From a virus (Duplodnaviria > Caudoviricetes), in IMG/VR virus record IMGVR_UViG_3300025368_000011, positions 1 through 41,550 of that record: a stretch of 41,550 nt of DNA; one strand, 5' to 3'. Position numbers and translations under genes: made by a program. The notes under the pieces are model-generated. The model saw nothing but the letters and a program-made list of their open reading frames with translations. It did no database searches and was not told where the DNA came from. Shown here in pieces: positions 6,655 to 14,050 of the stretch; position 1 is the first letter of the stretch; each line of letters starts with the position of its first letter.

Positions 6655-7110
6655 ATGGCTAAACTTCCCAGAGAAATCCCCAAGTCTAACCCAGCCTTTG
6701 AGGGTAATGTATCTGGGGTAGCGTCTAACCGTAGTTCACAGACTCCATCCCTTCCGGATAGGATGACTGACCATTATCAGTTTGACGATATTATTCAGGC
6801 GGTAGCACCGCCTATTGACCCCAATATTTCGGGTGATACCCAGACTGAGGATACGTATACGTGGCTGGCCGGTACGATGACCGGCTGGCGCGAGAACGAC
6901 GACTACCGGCGCTACTTTGAGCGTAGCGAAGCCATGGAGCCGCTTATTTGCGATTACGATTGCAACGACGGCGACTACGACGATAACGGCGGTATCCCGA
7001 CGGCAATTGGTCAGCCGTACGGTCTGCATACGCCATATGCCAGCGAAACGGACGATCCCAAGACGGCCGAGCCGGGTTTTAACGTCCAGTCGGCCATGCG
7101 GAGAATTTAA
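6655..7110 (+). CDS. Hypothetical acidic late protein
   Basis: First ORF after the late leader; GAGGG RBS; Asp-rich segment CDYDCNDGDYDDNGG. Confidence 0.75.
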   Translation: MAKLPREIPKSNPAFEGNVSGVASNRSSQTPSLPDRMTDHYQFDDIIQAVAPPIDPNISGDTQTEDTYTWLAGTMTGWRENDDYRRYFERSEAMEPLICDYDCNDGDYDDNGGIPTAIGQPYGLHTPYASETDDPKTAEPGFNVQSAMRRI

Positions 7111-7536
7111 ATGAGCGGATACAGCGCCCCGCCGGGGCATTACAGCCCGGACACAATTCCAGACGAAATTCATAACCTGACAAGCGAATCGGTGACAAAG
7201 CACCAGCCCAAAAAGGATTCGCATGAGCAGGCCCGGGCCATTGCGCGGCACGAACTGTCGCGGCATTACGGCCCCAGCACGGACGACGAAGGTCATGTAG
7301 GCCAGCACCAGAACGACGTTGTTGCGCTGCGTAACGCGCATCCGCACCAGTCGCACACGGTCAATTACGTTGATGACGGCGGCCCGCGCAAGGACAGCTA
7401 CATGACGCACGGCTTTCAGGCCGTGCATATTACGCATCACAAGCGGGACAAGGGCGCGGAGCATCACCCGCCTAAGGGGCTTATGGTTCACGGTGCCGTG
7501 GACCATGAGCGGGATACCCAGACGATTTATGGGTAA
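7111..7536 (+). CDS. Hypothetical His-rich protein
   Basis: Abuts the upstream stop; 19 His in 141 aa. Confidence 0.75.
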   Translation: MSGYSAPPGHYSPDTIPDEIHNLTSESVTKHQPKKDSHEQARAIARHELSRHYGPSTDDEGHVGQHQNDVVALRNAHPHQSHTVNYVDDGGPRKDSYMTHGFQAVHITHHKRDKGAEHHPPKGLMVHGAVDHERDTQTIYG

Positions 7537-7744
7537 GGCGTATACTCCTACGGAGGCGTCGGCATCTACGTCGTCGCCTATTGCAAAGGGTATGCCGGGC
7601 GGAAATACGATGACGCACGGCCCGACGGCCCCGGTACACGGCGGTCTTCGCAACCCGGCGGCGCTACACACGCCCGGAGCCGGGCGACAGGCAATTAACT
7701 CGTATGGATCGTCCGTATCGGTTCATACGGTTCACATGGCTTAA
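7529..7744 (+). CDS. Small Gly/Pro/His-rich hypothetical protein
   Basis: ATG at 7529 overlaps the upstream gene end; shares motifs with 8903-9106. Confidence 0.65.
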   Translation: MGKAYTPTEASASTSSPIAKGMPGGNTMTHGPTAPVHGGLRNPAALHTPGAGRQAINSYGSSVSVHTVHMA

Positions 7745-7759
7745 CAACGGCGGTACATT

Positions 7760-8062
7760 ATGGCAATTTTTGATCTTGGCACGGCGCTTCTTGATCTTGA
7801 GGGTTCGTTTGTTCGTGAAGGCGAAAAAGTCGTTACGCTTGGTTTGGCGCTTAAGCGCGCCGTTCTTAGCGACGTAGACGAACTTGGCAATGCGCTTAAA
7901 GCGGACGCCAAGCTGGCGCGATACGAACTATTTCTTAAGCTGAAGCGCGCCGAGACTGAGGTTGTCGATTGGACTGCCGAAGAAATTGCGGCGCTTAAGT
8001 CTGCCGTTACCGTATTCCCGACTCTGGTAATGGGCCAGATTCGTGATCTTTTGAAAATTTAA
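7760..8062 (+). CDS. Conserved-looking phage protein of a type usually found beside fibre genes (possible fibre chaperone)
   Basis: RYELFLKL...TAEEIAALK...PTLVMGQ pattern; position before a fibre-like gene. Confidence 0.55.
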   Translation: MAIFDLGTALLDLEGSFVREGEKVVTLGLALKRAVLSDVDELGNALKADAKLARYELFLKLKRAETEVVDWTAEEIAALKSAVTVFPTLVMGQIRDLLKI

Positions 8063-8084
8063 ATTTTAATAAAAGGATTTACAC

Positions 8085-8900
8085 ATGGCTATTGGTACTC
8101 TTGTAGGCGCTCAGGTTCAGGATACGACCACGACGACTGGTACGGGCGCTATTACGCTTTCTAATACTGTTGCTGCTACGGCGCCAGCCAATACGACGAC
8201 GTTTGCTTCGCAGTTTGCTCCGACGGGCGTTTACCCGGTTGGTAACATTTTTTATGCTATTAGCGACGGTTCCAACATTGAGATTGGTCTTGGTACGCTT
8301 ACCAGTGCTACCAACCTGACGCGCGATTACATTCTTGGTTCGTACACTGGCGGCAGCATTTCGCTGGCAACTGCCAATGTTAATGCTACGCACGTTAACT
8401 TTGCGGCGGGCACTAAGCAGGTTTACAGCAACACTACGCTGTTTGGTACAAGCGTTGCGTATTGGTCGCGTATTCCCGACGATAACGCGGCAAACATTTT
8501 TAACGCCACTATGTCGGGCACGTTTACGGCAACCATTAACGCCGGCTCGGCTACGGCAACGGGTACGGTTCGTTACAAGATTAGCAACGAAGGCATCGTA
8601 ACGCTTCAGATTCCGGCAATTAGCGCCACGGCCAACGGCACGACGCTGACCATGACGGGTATTCCGGCTATCCTGTCCAACATGACGACGGAAGTTGTTC
8701 CGTGTCTTGTTACGGGCACCAGCACGGGCGGCGTGACGGTTCCGGGTCTTGTGTCTATTGCTGGCGGTGCCACGCCGACCAGCACGGGCACGGCGACGTT
8801 CTCGCAGTACACGTCGCTGACGACGGGCTATACTGCCACGTTTACTACGGCTGTTGTGAACGGCGTTCCGTCGCAGATCATCAGCTACCCGGCGTTCTAA
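8085..8900 (+). CDS. Fibre/appendage-like virion protein
   Basis: AAGGA RBS; VQDTTTTTGTGAITL...EIGLGT...VNFAAGTKQV N-terminal domain typical of phage fibre proteins; Thr/Gly-rich beta composition. Confidence 0.7.
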   Translation: MAIGTLVGAQVQDTTTTTGTGAITLSNTVAATAPANTTTFASQFAPTGVYPVGNIFYAISDGSNIEIGLGTLTSATNLTRDYILGSYTGGSISLATANVNATHVNFAAGTKQVYSNTTLFGTSVAYWSRIPDDNAANIFNATMSGTFTATINAGSATATGTVRYKISNEGIVTLQIPAISATANGTTLTMTGIPAILSNMTTEVVPCLVTGTSTGGVTVPGLVSIAGGATPTSTGTATFSQYTSLTTGYTATFTTAVVNGVPSQIISYPAF

Positions 8901-8902
8901 TA

Positions 8903-9106
8903 ATGTCGCAGCGTATGTCGGATAACATGGCGCAGCCGATGGCCGCTGCGAATACCTCAACCAGCCCGCTGGGACACGGCGGGCGCGACGAGCACCTTAG
9001 CGCCAACGGCGTTGCCGCTCCGGTTATGGGGGGCGTGCAGATGACTCGGCACGCTCCCAATAACCAGCGCCATCTGCACGGCGGGCATCACAAAGGTAAT
9101 ATGTAA
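8903..9106 (+). CDS. Small His/Gly-rich hypothetical protein
   Basis: ATG directly after TAATA; coupled to the next gene by TAATG. Confidence 0.65.
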   Translation: MSQRMSDNMAQPMAAANTSTSPLGHGGRDEHLSANGVAAPVMGGVQMTRHAPNNQRHLHGGHHKGNM

Positions 9107-9465
9107 TGGCAGTTCTTGCTGGTTTTACGCGCGGCGTAGGCCCCGTTGTTGCCAATGGCACGCCTCTTGCCGGTTTGCGCCTTGGCGCTGCTGCTAATAT
9201 TACGACGGGCGCGGCGTCAGCCACTGTGACGCTTCCTGCGGATAGCAACGGCAATCCGTACAGCATTGTGCTTTTAACTCAGGTTGGTGGCGCGGCTTGG
9301 TGGAATTTTAATACGGCAGGCGATGCCGCTGTTAAAGCGGCGGCTAATACGTTTGCCATTAATAGTTCGTACACGCAGGCTATCGTTGTTCCTCCGGGCG
9401 CAACCAACATTTCGGCCATTCAGGACAGCGCTGGCGGCACGCTTAACATTGTCGGGCTTTACTAA
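9106..9465 (+). CDS. Small beta-rich putative virion (decoration) protein
   Basis: Coupled start; Ala/Gly/Thr-rich beta-strand pattern. Confidence 0.6.
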   Translation: MAVLAGFTRGVGPVVANGTPLAGLRLGAAANITTGAASATVTLPADSNGNPYSIVLLTQVGGAAWWNFNTAGDAAVKAAANTFAINSSYTQAIVVPPGATNISAIQDSAGGTLNIVGLY

Positions 9466-9774
9466 ATGGCGACACTGTACGTTTCAGAGTACAGTTCGCT
9501 AGGAACGGCAGCGCTAGACTATCGTATGCAGTCGGCGCTGGAACCGTCAATAGCCGAGCAGGCTATTACTATTTCGGCGTCGCCTACGCAAAGCGCGGCG
9601 TTTAATACGCAGACAAAATATATTCGTGTTCATACGGACAGCATTTGTTCTATTGCGTTTGGACAGAATCCTACGGCCGTTACAACGGCTAAACGATTTG
9701 CAGCTAATCAAACCGAGTATTTTGGCGTGATACCCGGACAAGGGTATAAATTGTCCGTTATTGCCAATGTTTAA
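9466..9774 (+). CDS. Small beta-rich putative virion protein
   Basis: SAAF...YIRVHTDSICSIAFG.NPTA...AANQTEYFGV pattern recurrent in phage structural modules. Confidence 0.65.
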   Translation: MATLYVSEYSSLGTAALDYRMQSALEPSIAEQAITISASPTQSAAFNTQTKYIRVHTDSICSIAFGQNPTAVTTAKRFAANQTEYFGVIPGQGYKLSVIANV

Positions 9775-10036
9775 TTTAGGTAGACGCAAGCTTGCTCACC
9801 TAAAAAACCATGTTTGGGTGTGGCTTAAAGATAATCGCGCAGCGGTTATTGACCATATTAAAACAGATGGCAAATGCGGCGTCAGGCCGGTTGACCTTAA
9901 AACTGGCAAATTTTATCCTAATTTAAATACAAATTGGTCTATTGAAGACCGCATGAAGTATCCGGAAGAATACGCGCTTACTCGCTCCCAGTTTGTTCCG
10001 TTTACTGATATAGAATTAAAACATTATATTTATTAA
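9767..10036 (+). CDS. Hypothetical protein
   Basis: ATG overlapping the upstream gene end; fills the gap in the operon. Confidence 0.6.
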   Translation: MFNLGRRKLAHLKNHVWVWLKDNRAAVIDHIKTDGKCGVRPVDLKTGKFYPNLNTNWSIEDRMKYPEEYALTRSQFVPFTDIELKHYIY

Positions 10037-10048
10037 TGGCGGCGCAAA

Positions 10049-10537
10049 ATGGACTTAGATCCTAATATTTTAACTGTGCCGCCCGCTCAACAGCCAAATG
10101 CTTTTACAGCCGGCGCAGCGCTGCCGTGGCAAGGATTGGGGTTTACTTGCTATTTGTTTGCTAATGTAGGCGACGCTATTCCCTTACATTCGCACCCAGT
10201 AGGTCAAAATCATACGGTTGACGTTAAACGCGGAACAATTATTTACAGAACTGTTAACGCCGACGGCTCAAACACTGACGTTACGTATTCGGCCCCATAC
10301 AGGTTTTTAGTAGACCCGCTGGTTGAGCACAGTATTATAGCTCTTAGTTCGCCGGAAAATTCTTCTGGTACGGATATTAACGATTGGTCAACCTTGTCTG
10401 CCGTGGTTATTAATGACAGGCAAGTAGGCAAGACTCCAATGTTAATTGCAGAATATTTGCAATCTCTTAACGCCACCGCTACAACGGTCCTGCAAACCAT
10501 GCAAGGCATTCAAGCGCTAACTACGGCGTCTGCCTAA
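10049..10537 (+). CDS. Cupin-fold-like protein
   Basis: GDAIPLHSH...H...G and a second-motif ...VEHSI resemble the two cupin metal-binding motifs. Confidence 0.6.
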   Translation: MDLDPNILTVPPAQQPNAFTAGAALPWQGLGFTCYLFANVGDAIPLHSHPVGQNHTVDVKRGTIIYRTVNADGSNTDVTYSAPYRFLVDPLVEHSIIALSSPENSSGTDINDWSTLSAVVINDRQVGKTPMLIAEYLQSLNATATTVLQTMQGIQALTTASA

Positions 10538-10538
10538 T

Positions 10539-11228
10539 ATGGCAAATTATTATTGGGGCGACGGCGCTCCTACTACGACAGTAGACGGCAACTGGGACAA
10601 TAAAAATAACTGGTATATAGTACCTGCTAGCCAAACTGGATGTGGTTGCGTTGTGGCCGGTACTAAAGCCCCGCAACCTCCCGGCCAAAACGATACTGTT
10701 TATTTGATAGGCCCAAGTGATATTACAAATGGGCCATCGTTGGCTGGCAGCGGATATACGACGTTTACTGGCACAATTCAGTGGATTAGCGCGGCTGCCG
10801 GTTCTACAGTTACGCCGGCAAATTTAAACGCAGCCAATTTGACGTGTACCGGGCTTGTAACAATCAATCCAATTACAAACTCGTCCAATAATGCTTGCGG
10901 AATATTAAAAGGTACGTTTTCTAACGTATTAATGAAATCCGCCGCTACTGCTACGTCCAGCACAACTATTCCGCGAGTTGGCGGAACCGCGCAATTTACT
11001 GGTACGTTTACCAGACAAAGCAATGTAACCGGCGGCATTTACATAAACATTATTAACGGCGGCACGTACGCGCCGTCTGGTGTGTTAACATTAACTGGCG
11101 GCGTACTTACTGGAACGCTCCCAACAGATCCGGGATTTGCTTTAGGTAATGGCACTTTTAGTCTTGCCAACATTACAGTTAGCGGCGGCGGCCCGTCAAA
11201 TCCTATTGTAGCACATATGTCATTTTAA
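10539..11228 (+). CDS. Adhesin/fibre-like protein
   Basis: YYWG...GNW...NW...P...DTV motif of adhesin-type N-terminal repeats; Thr/Gly/Asn-rich. Confidence 0.55.
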   Translation: MANYYWGDGAPTTTVDGNWDNKNNWYIVPASQTGCGCVVAGTKAPQPPGQNDTVYLIGPSDITNGPSLAGSGYTTFTGTIQWISAAAGSTVTPANLNAANLTCTGLVTINPITNSSNNACGILKGTFSNVLMKSAATATSSTTIPRVGGTAQFTGTFTRQSNVTGGIYINIINGGTYAPSGVLTLTGGVLTGTLPTDPGFALGNGTFSLANITVSGGGPSNPIVAHMSF

Positions 11229-11240
11229 CGCGGAGAGTTT

Positions 11241-11642
11241 GTGAGTAACGACGTTGTAACAACTCAGCCCGTAGCAATTCGCACAAAAGACGGAAAGTTT
11301 CTTCCCGGCAAAAGCGGCAATCCGCACGGGCGTCCTCCGACTAAACGCGACAAAATCAACGCTATTCAGCAACGGCTGGAACTGGCAATTAGGCGTAATC
11401 TTGACCCTCGCACAGTTTCCAAAATTGTGCAGGCAACGGCACAGGATGCGCTTGACGCGGAAGATTCAAAAACCAAGACAGCAGCGCGTAAATTGATTTT
11501 TGAATATTGCATTGCAAAGCCGTCTAACGCTGAAGACAAGCAAGAACGTACGGAAAACAAGATTTCTATTGTAATTGAAAACGCTACGGTACAGGCTATT
11601 CCTGTTGTAGACGCAACCTTTAAGGAAGTAACTAATGGCTAA
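11241..11642 (+). CDS. terS: Terminase small subunit (DUF5681-type motif)
   Basis: GKFLPGKSGNPHGRP motif; helical body; GGAG RBS; upstream of TerL. Confidence 0.7.
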   Translation: MSNDVVTTQPVAIRTKDGKFLPGKSGNPHGRPPTKRDKINAIQQRLELAIRRNLDPRTVSKIVQATAQDALDAEDSKTKTAARKLIFEYCIAKPSNAEDKQERTENKISIVIENATVQAIPVVDATFKEVTNG

Positions 11643-11886
11643 CGGTATGGACACGCCGATGAAGAATCTCAGCGGCACGTTTGATATTTCGCGTTATATT
11701 GGCAACCCCGGTTCTGCGGCTGATCGTCAGTTTGCTAGCTCTGGCGGCGTTGGTTATAACGACTCGGTTAACATTGCGGATAAGGCTGGCACGAACGCCC
11801 CGGAACTTTACATGGTTCCTGATTTTCAGGGCATGAGCGGTCAGGGCGCTAATCAGAGCACCAACCGTCCGCGCGGCAGCACCTAA
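11635..11886 (+). CDS. Small Gly/Ser/Asn-rich hypothetical protein
   Basis: AAGGA RBS; overlapping start. Confidence 0.7.
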   Translation: MANGMDTPMKNLSGTFDISRYIGNPGSAADRQFASSGGVGYNDSVNIADKAGTNAPELYMVPDFQGMSGQGANQSTNRPRGST

Positions 11887-11892
11887 TACGTT

Positions 11893-12093
11893 ATGCCTAG
11901 CACAACCGAACGGCAGGCGCACTTTATGGCGGCTGTGGCGCACGGTTGGCAGCCGCCCGGCAGACACGTTGACGTTAATGTAGCAAAAGAATTCCATAGC
12001 GCCGACAAGGCGCAAGGCAAATGGGAACATAAACCGTCTGCTACGAGCCGACAATCTTCAGATCACATGAACAAATATAAAGGAAATTTATAA
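11893..12093 (+). CDS. Small conserved-looking phage protein
   Basis: MPST..Q..FMAAVAH...V.KEF..ADK pattern seen near terminase genes. Confidence 0.7.
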   Translation: MPSTTERQAHFMAAVAHGWQPPGRHVDVNVAKEFHSADKAQGKWEHKPSATSRQSSDHMNKYKGNL

Positions 12094-12443
12094 TGGCATT
12101 TAACCAGCGTCAGAGCGCCGAGATTGCTCCTCTGACTGAAATTAGCTACGCGACGGTTAACCCCGGCGCTATTACCAGCGGCTCCAAGTATCAGGGTACG
12201 GTAACGGCGACTCTGGGTTCTGCCACGTCGGGTATTGCCGCGTCAACGGTGCTTGGCGACCTTATTTTTCCGCTTGTTCCGGCGGCTGCCGGTGCGGCTG
12301 CCGGTCTAATTATTACGGCGGTTCCTACGGCTACGCCGGGCACTATTTCCGTGCAGATTTACAATGCGGGTGCCGGTACGGTTACGCTGAACAGCGCTGT
12401 TTGGGCGTTTAACAGCCAGCGCTACCCGGCCAACTTTTTCTAA
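12093..12443 (+). CDS. Small beta-rich putative virion protein
   Basis: AAGGA RBS, TAATG coupling, Ala/Gly/Thr-rich. Confidence 0.65.
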   Translation: MAFNQRQSAEIAPLTEISYATVNPGAITSGSKYQGTVTATLGSATSGIAASTVLGDLIFPLVPAAAGAAAGLIITAVPTATPGTISVQIYNAGAGTVTLNSAVWAFNSQRYPANFF

Positions 12444-12449
12444 TCTGCC

Positions 12450-12671
12450 ATGCCAGATCCTGTAGAAAAGCCTACGTATATGGAAGCGGTCAAAGACCGC
12501 ATTGCAGAGCTTGCCAGTAACATGACAGGCGGAATGATCGGTGACACGCTTAAAAAGATGAAACAGCATCATGCGGACGTAGACGCCGCAGGCGGTCCCG
12601 GTTCTAACGAAAATACTGCTTCTACGACGGGCCGTACCGGCCAATCGACCGACTCGTGGAACAGGTATTAA
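12450..12671 (+). CDS. Small hypothetical protein ending in QSTDSWNRY
   Basis: Fills the gap before TerL; C-terminal motif shared with 11893-12093. Confidence 0.65.
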   Translation: MPDPVEKPTYMEAVKDRIAELASNMTGGMIGDTLKKMKQHHADVDAAGGPGSNENTASTTGRTGQSTDSWNRY

Positions 12672-12692
12672 TTTTTAGCGCGGGAGAGGCGT

Positions 12693-14033
12693 ATGGCAAA
12701 CCGGGAATTCCGGATAGCGCTTCATCCGGCGCAAAGCGCAATATTCAACAGCAAAGCCAGATTCACAATAACCGCAGCCGGACGGCGTTTCGGAAAGTCG
12801 TATCTGGCGGCGGTAAAGTTGGGTTTAGAGGCGCTCAAAGAGGTCAATGACAGAGGGCATAAATTAGATCCGACTAACGGCATCTATTACATTGCCCCTA
12901 CCTTTGAACAGGCCATGCGTATTATGTGGCGGCGACTTATCGCGCTGCTCAAGATGAAAGATCAAGGCGGGTTTATTTCCGCCATGAATATTAATAACGG
13001 GTATCTTGAGCTAATCAACGGTCGCCGTATCTACATTAAGGGCGCGGATAACGAAGACGCGCTTCGCGGTGAAGGCTACGCCTTTGTCGTAATGGACGAG
13101 TTTGCCGATATGAAGCCGTCCGTTTGGTACGAGATTATCGAACCGGCGCTGATGGACGTTGAAGGCGGAGCCATGTTTATTGGCACGCCCAAAGGCAAAA
13201 ACCATTTTTACAAATTGTTTACGGGGGCCATGACCAAGCCAGACGGTCATGCCTATTGGAACGACTGGGAAGCGTTTCATTTTGTTTCGTCAGATAACCC
13301 GTTTATTAAAAAGCGGGAATTGGACCGAATCAAATCCAATCCAAACGCTACGCGAGACATTATCAAGCAGGAGCTTGAAGCCAGCTTTGTCAGCGGCGGC
13401 GCTAAAATCCTTCGGCCCGAATGGTTTCCTGTTATTCCGCACGAACGCGGGGACGGCGAAAATCTAAAGTTTCGTACGCGCGGTAGCGTGTACATTACGG
13501 TAGATTTGGCAGGATTTACCAAAGAAGGCACAAAAATTCTCCGTTCAGATGAAAGCGTTATTGCCGTAACGGACGTAACGGAAGATATCTGGACTATTAT
13601 GGAAATTGACCACGGGCACTGGGACGTGCGCGAAACTGCGCTGCGCATCCTTACGGCGGTCAAGAAATATCCGGGTTGTCGGCTCGGTATCGAGTCCGGC
13701 GCATTAGCAAACGCTGTCGGTCCTTATTTGACCGATTATATGCGGGAATTTGGGCGATATATTACGCCCGAGCCGTTAAAGCACGGCAATCAGCGCAAGG
13801 CTGACCGCATACAGTGGGCGCTTCAAGGACGAGCAGAACGGAGGCAAATCCGTCTTATGCAAGGAACGTGGAACGACCATTTCCTAGACCAAGCTGCCGA
13901 CTTCCCGGACCCTCTTGCTCATGATGACTTGCTGGACGCCGTAGCGTACGTAGACCAGCTTTCGAGCGCAAATTATTCTGATCCGGATGACGTACCTGAC
14001 TGGGTACCGATGGACATTGATTCCGGATATTGA
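12693..14033 (+). CDS. terL: Terminase large subunit
   Basis: Walker A AGRRFGKS, Walker B VVMDE, coupling motif GTP, nuclease acidic residues (VDLA, HDDLLDA). Confidence 0.95.
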   Translation: MANREFRIALHPAQSAIFNSKARFTITAAGRRFGKSYLAAVKLGLEALKEVNDRGHKLDPTNGIYYIAPTFEQAMRIMWRRLIALLKMKDQGGFISAMNINNGYLELINGRRIYIKGADNEDALRGEGYAFVVMDEFADMKPSVWYEIIEPALMDVEGGAMFIGTPKGKNHFYKLFTGAMTKPDGHAYWNDWEAFHFVSSDNPFIKKRELDRIKSNPNATRDIIKQELEASFVSGGAKILRPEWFPVIPHERGDGENLKFRTRGSVYITVDLAGFTKEGTKILRSDESVIAVTDVTEDIWTIMEIDHGHWDVRETALRILTAVKKYPGCRLGIESGALANAVGPYLTDYMREFGRYITPEPLKHGNQRKADRIQWALQGRAERRQIRLMQGTWNDHFLDQAADFPDPLAHDDLLDAVAYVDQLSSANYSDPDDVPDWVPMDIDSGY

Positions 14034-14050
14034 CATAAAGGAATTATTCT

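Noticed and set aside
6736-7671. 311-aa minus-strand ORF
   Set aside because: Antisense shadow of three coupled plus-strand genes; no recognisable motifs
8079-8960. 293-aa Arg-rich minus-strand ORF
   Set aside because: Antisense of the Thr/Gly-rich fibre gene; its composition is a codon-bias artefact
9092-12093. Shared C-terminal KGN[ML] in the 8903 and 11893 ORFs
   Set aside because: Explained by the AAAGG Shine-Dalgarno and TAATG coupling for the next gene, not by a protein motif
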